From assembly GCA_951406725.2 (NCBI GenBank), contig OX597824.1, positions 2,046,001-2,110,000 of the forward strand: DNA of 64,000 nt. Reading direction: 5' to 3'. The position numbers and the translations under genes are program-made. The DNA is from Octopus vulgaris. Its lineage: Eukaryota. Positions 53,771 through 64,000 of this stretch are shown piece by piece; within the stretch, counting starts at the first letter, position 1; every line of letters begins with the position of its first letter. The notes under the pieces are model-generated. The model was not told the DNA's origin and searched no databases. It saw nothing but the letters and a program-made list of their open reading frames with translations.

Positions 53771-54811
53771 TAGTTAAAGCTGTGTTGTAATTTTCAACAG
53801 TTTCCATGCTCTGAAGATTTTCTAATGTTGCTGTTAATAATTGTAGGTATTGGGGGTATTCAATATGTTGTTTAGCGTCTATGTATTCCAGATATATGCT
53901 AATAACTTTATCAGAGCCGGGATTATAGGATTCAGAATCCTTTTATCGCGTTTCACTTATCGAATTAAGGAGGGCTTATTGTCAGGGTTTACACTGTAAA
54001 CTTTACACTGACAATATAATTCTTGAACTTAATATCGACTCCCTCTTTCTGTGTTTTGTCGGATCAATTTCGATAAAGCTTTTGATTAGTCGGGAAGTTG
54101 CTTATAGTGCAGTGATTCATGTATTGGAATCATGTGGATAAATTCATGGTTTTGAATATCAGATAGGGTGCCCCGTTGTTTTCTCGAGCAGAACACCTGA
54201 ATTTGTTGCAGTCCGCATGCTAAAGGTGAATCCCAGACATTAACAGCTTTGAGTTAACGATTCCCACCACCGCCACCGCCACCCAAAGGCTTTCTTTCCG
54301 CGGATGTGTGCGTAAAATTTAATTCGCCAGTTTACTCGGATTGTGTCTTTAGCACACATAGTTCGCAGGTGTGCTTACTATTAGAGGTGCCAAAGCGACT
54401 AATCGTCATATAAAGAATTACAATACTCTGTAGGAATATGTCGGAAAGAAAACCATATCCGATATTTGCTTTCTTTTTCTGTTTATTTCCGTATGTTTTT
54501 TGATCTTGTCTTTTGAGTCCCAAAACGTTGATTTGTTTGTAATTCACCTACTTTTGACAGATACACTGTTCTTTGCAGTGAAATGTGGGAAAAGTCTTGT
54601 GGGAAAAGTTGTCTGAAAGCGTCTACAATTATTTTGTCTAACATCTGTGAGTGTAATGTTGTAGAAGTCTGTCAAACTTAATTATGTCTCTCGGCTGGAA
54701 GTGATTCCTTGTGATTTAACCATTTTTTCTGTTCATTTTCAATGTTTTCTAAAAGTGAATTACTTTTTGAACATTAAAGAAGAATCGTAATGATGATGAA
54801 GATGATGGTGG

Positions 54812-54846
<35 letters not shown>

Positions 54847-54922
54847 GTGATGACGACGGTCATTACAATGAATACGTCGGTGACAATGATAATGAGGTCA
54901 CAGCGATTATAATTATAATCCT

Positions 54923-55134
54923 TTCTACTCTAGGCACACGGTCTGGATTTTATGGGGAGGGAGACACTCGATCACATCGACCCCAGTATTGAACTGGTTA
55001 TTAATTTATTGAACCCAAAAGAATGAAAGGCAAAGTTGACCTCGGCGGAATTTGAACTCAGAACGTAACGACGGGCGAAATATGGCTAAATATTTCGCCC
55101 GGCGTGCTAACGATTCTGCCAGCTCCCACCGCCT
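54923..55134 (-). mobile_element. SINE family 1 within a (GAT)n region
   Basis: Canonical core and head on minus. Confidence 0.88.
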
Positions 55135-55139
55135 TGAAC

Positions 55140-55520
55140 GACTATGATTATGAGGATAGTAATTATGATGGTGTTGATGGTGATGATGAGGTGGAGGGGG
55201 GGAGAAGGAGTTCGGAGATGGATGCTGATGACGTGGCACACAATAACAAGAACGACGACGACGACGAAGATGATGATGATGTTGATGATGATGAGAATGA
55301 GGACGATGATGAATGATGATGATGATGAGGAGGAGGATGACGACGGTGAATGATGATGAGGAATATGATGATGATGATGAGGATGACGGTGAATGATAAT
55401 GATGATGATGATGAGGAGGAGGAGGGGAGGAGGCTGATTATGAGGAATATGATGATGATGAGGAGGAAGAGGATGATGATGGATGATGATGATGATGATG
55501 ATGATGATAGTGGTGGTGGT
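55140..55520. repeat. Degenerate (GAT/GAG)n trinucleotide region
   Basis: Directly visible; also at 54790-54860. Confidence 0.9.
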
Positions 55521-56398
55521 GATTGTGCTGGCGGGTAGGTGGTTCAGATTCCCCTTAAAACTAGCTGTTTCCGTTACCTTAGTAACGACGGACACCACTT
55601 GCTGTAGTTATATTTTTATGATATTATTGTATAGCTTTGTAATCATGTCTAGTCTTATCTCTTTACATTTTCCAGCTTAAATGATTAATTACAGAAGTCG
55701 TTCTGTCCATTCCCTTTATTCCACCTATCAGCAGTTGTCGAAATCATAGGCTACAATTTCTGACATTCGAACGCTTTTCACGGGAATACTGATACACGAA
55801 CAGAGCCTGCGGCTACTTATATGTAAGTGTATATGTGCATGTGTGTGTATGTTTGTCTGTCTGTGTGAGTACGTATTTACATATGTACTTGTGTGTAGGT
55901 ATAAGTATTTCACACTATTTCCGACCAGCAGATTACGCTACAAAAGTTAGTGATGAGCCAATGGCTGTGATACAAATAATAAGCTCAAGCTGTGAAAAAC
56001 AGAATCCAGAATAACATCAGTTCAAAGCGGACTCCTCAGACATTATGCTTCAGGCCATAGTTTTTTGCATTATCAATTTACTGTGATGTGCTGCTCTTGC
56101 GCTCTTTGCACTCGCTCCTAATTGGTTCATGTTCTTCATTGGATTACGTGATCAGCTGCTGATATGACAGATACAGTGAATAAACTTGGTGACCAATTAG
56201 GACTGTATATATATATACATACATATATATATATATATATCTGAATATTGATTTTACAATAAATATATAAATGCACACATGTATGTATGCATTTATATGT
56301 ATTCGTCATCATTGTGTTGACGGATTTCAAGTGTTAGAATTTAAAGGATATAGAGTCTTGTATTTATAGTATATAATATAAACTATTAAATGAATATG

Positions 56399-56453
<55 letters not shown>

Positions 56454-56669
56454 CCACAAGAGTAAGCAAGAGAGACAGAGACAGGCAGAAACAAGGAAAA
56501 TGCCACTTCTATTTGAACACTATACAAATATTCTTTTAAAAAACTTCTCTTTTAATTTTCCTAAACTTAATTATTTAATTGTTACAGTTGAAAAAGTCTC
56601 AATGACTGAAACCGGTACTGAAATGTTCTTTATAAAATTATTTTAGCATTTCCTTTCTTGACTTTTTTC

Positions 56670-56742
<73 letters not shown>

Positions 56743-58202
56743 TATATGTGCATATACGCTTTACACATACATACATATATATATATATTCTTGTAGTGGA
56801 AAATTAAGATAAACGCAAAGAAAATTAATAGTTCCTACCTTCACTACAATTGTTTTAAAATCTTCATTAGCTATTCCAACTGTAATTAGATGACTAACTA
56901 TAAATTCCCTCGCCATCTGTCTGACCTCAGGTATTTGAGCTCTTGAAGAGAATGCAATCAAATTTTCCGTCGATGATCAACTGCGACTTGCCTTCCAAAT
57001 GCATCTGCAAAATCAAATTTTGGGTCCCAAATAATTACAATGCCGAAATGTACAACTGCTAGTTTATAATTGGTTTTGCCTTTATGTCCCACTATATTTG
57101 CTCTGTGTATCATAACTGGTAAAACTGCTAAGTACAATAGGAAACTATCTAACTGGATCTACATTGAGCTCAAACCAGTAGAGTCGAAAACTTACATCCA
57201 ACTGTACGAATATCCTTCCTCTTATTTTCCGCTCCCTCCAAAACCTCTGCTCCTCTTACTCAGACCATATCCATAGTTTTACTTTTTTTATTTCCTCTGG
57301 ACATACGATAAAAATAAAAACAAGGTCTGGGAGACGCACAATCTGAGGGCACACCTTTGATGCAAGTCTAATGAAGTGACTCTCTAATGTCTAAAACTGC
57401 AAACATGACGTAAGTTTCCATTTAGAAATGTTGCGTAAACTTCCGTTGTAAATAAAGTTGGTACAGAAACAATTGTATTAAATCATTGAAGATATGTTAA
57501 AGATATTTCTTTGTTTTCTTTTCATTGTATTTTACTGAAAATTTAATTAAAAATACTTCTCTAAAATATTTAGTTAAACTTTTTCAATAGTAACCTATTG
57601 GACTCGGCTTGAGATATAACATATTGCCTTTGGGTAATGACAGCTCTAGTGTACTTGGTTGTCACATAAAGTTTCTATATATGATGATATATCGGTTCTG
57701 CTTGTGTTTACATAACGAGTATTCACCGTATATTTACGCAAATATTGATGACGTAAGAATTTTAGCTGGAATTAAATGGCAGTTGATGTAAGACGTTTAA
57801 GTAATCTTCAATATTGTTAAGAAACTCATGCTTAACTACTTGACATGTGTGACCGCCCTCCCCTTCTTCACGTTTTATCTATAACGTTCTCCCCCCACCC
57901 CCACTCACTAGTTTTTATCTGTCTTTCTCTTTCTTTCTCTGGTATGTCTCCTTAGCTACCATAACGCCACCGATGAACTATATTGTATCGTATTTGCTCG
58001 AGCACAAATATCTTGAATGTTTTTATTTATGCATATCTGGTGATAACGGTTTTCTAAGGAATGCTTGCCTTCAAGAAAACGCACACATCTGAGTTTGTCG
58101 TAGGTTAGCCTACACGTCATAATGTAACTTCCTTTTAGAAATTCTCTCTGAAGAAATACCCAATTGACTGGTTTCAGATATGGGAATTCTAATTTTATTT
58201 CT

Positions 58203-58438
58203 GTAATTGAATTGGTTGGGTGTGGAAAAAGCTGTAGGCAGGAATTTCCACAAGAATTGGAATTTCTTTAGATAAATAACGTCTGTACGTCGATGTTTTC
58301 TATTTTCTTCATTTTCCCATTCATTCATATATATATATATGTGTGTGTATATATACATGTGTGTGGTGTGTGTGTTGCATTATTTTATGACTTTCAAGTC
58401 TCCATGTTCGGTTATTCAGTTACCATAGAGCAATTTTC
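58203..58438 (+). repeat. About 230-bp direct repeat, copy 1 (copy 2 at 61352-61572)
   Basis: gtaattgaattggttgggtgtggaaaaagctgtaggcagga..catagagcaattttc in both copies, with few substitutions. Confidence 0.9.
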
Positions 58439-59769
58439 ATTGAAGCATGCACCTATACTAATCTTTCTACGGAGAATGCACACACAGTTAGCAAAATGCG
58501 AACCAATAATATTTCAATGTATAGTCCGGCAGATTTGACCGTAATATTTCAAATTTATTTTATTGATTAAATCTTCTATCATCCGATTAGTGCAGTGTTT
58601 TAATCACGTCTTTATTTATTTAAACTACATCTCTAATCACTTTTTGAAAACTTCAAATATAACAATCACTCTACAATCAATAATCAGAAAAAAATTGTCT
58701 AGACTATTTAATTGTCTTGAGATTTAATAATTAATTGATTACATGTTCCATATGTATTCAAATATATGGTAATTATTCATTAATCAATTACGAAGAATGA
58801 GAGGCAGTATATATTCTACTCTCTTTATTTATAATTTTTTCTTATTTTCTGTTCTTCCGATGCAGATAATTTCTTATGTATCATTAATTCAGCTTCTTTA
58901 TATGGACAAATCGTTAAATTGTATGAAATCCACGCCTTTCTTTAAAATATTACCGACGTCATTTAAATTGAAATAGATTAAAACAGTTATCGAAATACTC
59001 TCAGTGAATTAGAATTGTCTGTTTCCTGCTGGCCAGAAGCATTACGTCTGTCGATATATTTAAAATGGCTTCCTCAGTAACAAGTAGTAATTTGTTGTGT
59101 GCAACATTCCCTATTTTACATGGCCATTGCTGGACGCTAGTAAACTGTGACAGACGTTAACAGTGTTTTCATGCAGCGCAAAAACTGACTATTATTTTTA
59201 GTAACCACTCAGGTTTGAACGATACGCATTATAATCTTGCTGTTGAAACACATCGAGCAGCGTGAATATAAGATTTATTTTGGGGGTCAGGACCCTGAGC
59301 CATTATTGATGTGTATACTGGCGTGTAGGATATATCGAATATGACAGGTTATACATTTATGCGTATGGAAGTGTTTGTACGTGTGTTACGGCCCGGATAT
59401 CTATGTAGGGTAGGCAGACCCCACATTGTAATTGTGCGTCCCTGATTACACTGACTATTTTTTTCTTTTCTTCTGTCGTCAGAAGATTTTAACCTGAACT
59501 ACGTGTTTTTATAACATTGAATTCGAAAATGACATTTATTTATTATCTTCAAGAGAACATTCTAAGATAATTGATCCACAATATTTCCTCGGTGTTTTTC
59601 AATAAAACAGTCTCATTGGGAACAAGGCATAACACATAAACATACATAGAATCTGGTTTATCTTCAAAACCAGAATCCTTTTATTAAAATTCTTTTGAAA
59701 ATCTAGTAAAAAGCTTAAAATTTTTGCAAACAAATTGCATCATTTTTGCGAACAATTGCATCATTTTTT

Positions 59770-60800
59770 ATGGCTAGCCATAAAAAATCCAAACAAAACT
59801 GGTCCGATAACGAAATCGACGTTCTAGTAAACGCATGGCATTGCCTTACCCAAACGGAAAACATAGGTGCTTCGTGTCTGAACAAAATTGCTAAACGGAC
59901 AGTTCACCTTTTGAATAGTCGATCTGAACAGCAGATACAAAATAAATTAAAACAAATCGAAGTAGCTTTTAAATTAATCAACAAACACTTCGATAAACTG
60001 AGATGTGTTTTCTCTTCGAACGCATCACCGGCACAACAACAACTTCAGCAGCATCGACAACAACAACCTCAGTGGCAACAACAACAATATGAACCCCTCC
60101 TTGATTCATCTACAATGGCCGATTTGTTAAACGAAACGATTCACCCCCCCCCCCCCAGTCATCAGGATCTCACAGCTGGAAGCACCACACCTTCCTTTCA
60201 CTGTCCTAGTAGCTCAATTATCATCACTATCAACATCATATCCTCTACCTACTACTACTATTACTACAACCACTATCAATCAAAACCATCTTTGTCTACC
60301 GCTATCTCATGGAATCCACCACCTCAATCATTATCACTGTCAACATCTCTTCTGCCTACTACTACTACTACTACTACTACTAATGCTACCTCAAGGAATC
60401 TACCTCCTACTTCTTGTTCAAGAGTTCTACCTCCCACAGGTCACAAAGGTCGCCCAAACTTCAAGAAACTATCATCTACACCTCAACAACAACCTCTCAC
60501 AACTCGCACACGCACCTACACACCCACTCGAAACCCCATGATTTGCTGCTATTCTCTCCGCTATAGATCATGCACTGATAGTGACTGCAAATTCACCCAT
60601 TTACCTGGGACAAAACGTTCTATCCCCACAAAATACAACAGCAACCACCATAATACATGCTCTATTACAACACCACCACAACCACCAATATCTCAAACAG
60701 GGAATCCCCAAATCTGCCGCTATTCCCAGCGAGAGAGATTGTGTTTGCACAAAGATTGTCCCTTTACCCATCTCCCGGGGACTCGTAGGACAAATGATAA
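59770..60800 (+). CDS. Retroelement-type ORF with N-terminal Myb/SANT(trihelix)-like helix, Q/T/P low complexity and two CCCH zinc fingers; 3' end interrupted
   Basis: ATG at 59770, no stop for more than 340 codons. NWSDNEIDVLVNAW..RSEQQIQNKLKQI (trihelix-like). CCYSLRYRSCTDSDCKFTHLPGTKR and CRYSQRERLCLHKDCPFTHLPGTRR (C-x7/8-C-x4-C-x3-H). Runs into (AAAATA)n, (TA)n and a SINE. Confidence 0.6.
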
Positions 60801-60825
60801 TAAAAATAAAAATAAAAATAAAAGT

Positions 60826-60860
<35 letters not shown>

Positions 60861-60874
60861 TTTATTTTACTCTT

Positions 60875-61085
60875 TACTCTTTTACTCTTTTACTTGTTTC
60901 AGTCATTTGACTGCGGCCATGCTGGAGCACCGCCTTTAGTCGAGCAAATCGATCCCGGGACTTATTCTTTGTAAGCCCAGTACTTATTATATCGGTCTCT
61001 TTTGCCGAACCGCTAAGTAACGGGGACGTAAACACACCAGCATCGGTTGTCAAGCAATGCTAGGGGGACAAACACAGACACACAA

Positions 61086-61128
<43 letters not shown>

Positions 61129-61293
61129 TACGACGGGCTTCTTTCAGTTTCCGTCTACCAAATCCACTCACAAGGCTTTGGTCGGCCCGAGGCTATAGTA
61201 GAAGACACTTGCCCAAGGTGCCACGCAGTGGGACTGAACCCAGAACCATGTGGTTGGTAAACAAGCTACTTACCACACAGCCACTCCTGCGCC
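60875..61293 (-). mobile_element. SINE family 2, full-length young copy
   Basis: Minus strand ggcgcaggagtggctgtgtggtaagtagc..gggttcagtcccactgcgtggcaccttgggcaagtgtcttctac (tRNA-like A/B boxes, CORE-like segment), internal (TA)n, (AGAGTAA)-type tail. Confidence 0.92.
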
Positions 61294-61351
61294 TATATAT
61301 ATATATATATATTTTCTTTTTAAATATAAACACGCCAGCTTTATTTAATTC

Positions 61352-61572
61352 GTAATTGAATTGGTTGGGTGTGGAAAAAGCTGTAGGCAGGATATTCCAC
61401 AAGAATTGGAATTTCTTAAGATAAATAACGTCTGTACGTCGATTCTTTCTATTTTCTTCATTTTCCCATTCATTCATATACATATGTGTATATATACATG
61501 TGTGAGTGTGTCTGTGTGTTATGACTTTCAAGTCTCCATGTTCGGTTATTCAGTTAGCATAGAGCAATTTTC
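61352..61572 (+). repeat. About 220-bp direct repeat, copy 2
   Basis: See 58203-58438. Confidence 0.9.
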
Positions 61573-61721
61573 GAAAGACACTTGTTGTTATGTCCTGTTA
61601 TTCACATTTCTATTTGTGTAACATTTCTCCCTTCATTTTTCGTGCTTGTTTTCTTTGTATCATCTGTCTGGATGTTTTGCGTTCTTGTCCCATGTTTGTA
61701 GTTTACACACACACATACATG

Positions 61722-61791
<70 letters not shown>

Positions 61792-61804
61792 GTATATATA
61801 TATA

Positions 61805-62265
61805 GGGGAAGAGTTCACGAAAAAATCAAAAGACGAAGACAGGTGGTGTACAAAACAAACAGATGTATTACTATAACGCTCAGGAATAGAAAAAGTATTT
61901 TACGTTTCGAGTCTACGCTCTTCTACAGAAAGGGACACAAAAAAAAACAAGGAGAGAAACAAAGAGAGAGAAAAAATGTGTGTAGTGGCAACTGATCTAT
62001 CATGGCGACTGCCGACAGAAGGGTCACACAGGAGAGCGAAGAAATAGGGGAGATAACAAAGTGAACATGACCCTCAATACGAAGGTGGGTGTGTGTATAA
62101 GAGAGTACGTATGTGCGTGTGAAAGAGGGCTGGTGGTCTGGATGTGTGCGTGTATGTACGTGTAGGTTTGAAAATGTGGGGATCTGAATGTGTCAGTGCT
62201 GGTGTGTGGGTGGTGTGTTTTGATGTGATGTGTAATGTTGTATGGTGTAGTGTGGTGTGGTGTGA
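61805..62265 (-). mobile_element. Penelope-like element family F, copy 3, with variant minimal hammerhead
   Basis: Minus strand 61932-61897: cttt-CTGTAGA-A-gagcgtagactc-GAAA-cg-TA-aaat. Colinear with copies 1 and 2; (TA)n on both sides. Confidence 0.72.
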
Positions 62266-62311
62266 TGTATATATATATATGTATGATGTATGTATATATA
62301 TATATATGATG

Positions 62312-62353
<42 letters not shown>

Positions 62354-62411
62354 GCAAATAAGTTAAGTTGCAATGATGTATACATGTATATATATATGCA
62401 TGCATGTTTGC

Positions 62412-62454
<43 letters not shown>

Positions 62455-63439
62455 CACGCACACACACATCTACAATATACATATATATATATGTATGTTT
62501 CCACACACAAACACACAAGCTCACACACATGTGTACATACATACATGCATACATAAATACCCGCAGAATACCTTTTATGCGGATGAGATGATTGAGATGA
62601 AGTTCTTTGTGTTTTGTATTTAAAACTAAGACTGGAATATAATACGAAAACTTAAAGACTTTGAAAAACATGCACTATAATATTAAGTTTGGCATCACAT
62701 ATTGACGTATTTTAGCCTTCCCATATTCTTCCCTCTTTTCTACTTTCCTCGTCAACTTCACCTTCACAAATTTTAGTCGTTCGTCAGTTATTTTTTCGGT
62801 GTTTCCTTATTCTAATCTCGTGAACAAATGAAACGCAGATTTCGAAGACTAACCACAGCAGTGTGCAAATTTTGATGACTATTTGTTGATTAAGAAACGT
62901 TAATAAGAGCAAACTGCACGCGTAGTTTGTAAGTGCAGAAAGTAACAAGTTGCTTGCAGGTGAATCGATATCCTGTTTCATACAATATTAAAACATGCAT
63001 TACACTGCTTATTCAGCCTGACTTGGTAATATTTCTGGAATACAATTTGTAAGCACAAATAATTAATATTGCAAATATTGTTTCAACAGCTCTTTATTTT
63101 TAATTCTGTGTAAATGTGTCAATTCGAAATCATTATTCATGTACGCTCACCTGCGTATACAACATTAATGGTCGTTTAGTGTTAACGATTAGCAAGACTT
63201 GCTTGCAATAGTCTCCTCGTATTACGGAGAAAATTAACACGATTATGTGTATAAGAATGTGTGTGTATGAGTGTGCATGCATGTATGAAGGTATGTATGC
63301 GTCGTTTGTGTGTGTGCGCGCGTTTATACGTAATGGGGGGGGGAAGTGAAAGTATCTTCGCAAATGATTAGTAAATGGTTTGCGAAAAATTTGATAAGGC
63401 ATCAATGAAATATAATAACATTAATAATCGTTTCTAATT

Positions 63440-63620
63440 AAGGCACAAGTCGGCAATTTGCGAAGAGGTCTTTAGTGGATATAATTGACCCCAATACTTA
63501 ACTGGTACATTACTTAATTGACCCCAAAGGCGAAAAAGGCAAAGTTGACCAAGGCATGATTTGAACGTAAATTGACGGAAGTAAAACGCAAAGTAATCTT
63601 CCCGATACTCCAATGATTAT
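63440..63620 (-). mobile_element. SINE family 1, diverged
   Basis: gaccccaatacttaactggtac..gaccccaaaggcgaaaaaggcaaagttgacc..tttgaac. Confidence 0.7.
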
Positions 63621-63669
63621 ATCACCTTGATTCATTTATATCGATTCTGATTGAATGTGTATCGTGAAC

Positions 63670-63860
63670 AGTTGGAAGTTCTTTTGAAGGTCATCACTGG
63701 TGAGGAAAGCTGATGCTAAGGAATTTGCAGATGTGGAAGAGGTGAAGAAAAACGACGGAGGCTCCAAAAGGTCTCACTTCGCAAGAGGCTCCAGGATTGG
63801 TTGGAACAGGGGGAAACACGTCTTGACCAATACATTGCTTCAAATACAGAATATTTTTAT
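63670..63860 (+). mobile_element. Internally deleted mariner transposase fragment
   Basis: LKVITGE joined to FADVEEVKK..RLDQYIASNTEYF. Confidence 0.65.
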
Positions 63861-64000
63861 TACTGAGCCTGAGATCGTATATCTGGAGTTAACCATTCAT
63901 TGTTGCTAATTTCTTTCTTCATTTAACTTTTCATTTGTGCTAAAGGAATACTTAATGTGGTTCTACAATCAGTTTTAGCTGCTATTTCTGGCATGGTGGT

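Noticed and set aside
57957-58266. About 100-codon stop-free minus-strand frame overlapping the direct repeat
   Set aside because: No convincing start or splice sites and no recognisable motif.

Overview
AT-rich, microsatellite-dense eukaryotic DNA. Its SINE families look like those of an octopus (coleoid cephalopod); this is an inference. No host protein-coding gene could be called with confidence, and most ORFs in the track are translated microsatellites. The window is mostly mobile-element sequence: three tRNA-derived SINE families, a full-length decayed mariner (44861-46097), other Tc1/mariner fragments, decayed RTE/L1-Tx1 LINE pieces, a 5'-truncated HERO-like RLE retrotransposon with a 28-bp TSD (18274-18842), a Tx1-like ORF1 fragment (23209-23655) and a Myb/SANT-like plus 2xCCCH ORF (59770-60800). 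The most notable signal is a set of small non-coding elements next to (TA)n tracts. They are built as near-perfect inverted repeats or terminally redundant units and carry hammerhead ribozymes (HHR). Examples: a 521-bp palindrome with two intact type I HHRs (40802-41322), plus a diverged copy with compensatory stem changes (40054-40283); a 360-bp terminally redundant unit with a minimal U3-A8 HHR at the tip of a long rod (24770-25353); further HHR-variant families; and a possible type III HHR in the HERO 3' UTR. These resemble Penelope-associated pLTRs or retrozymes. All folds were assigned by eye and are untested.
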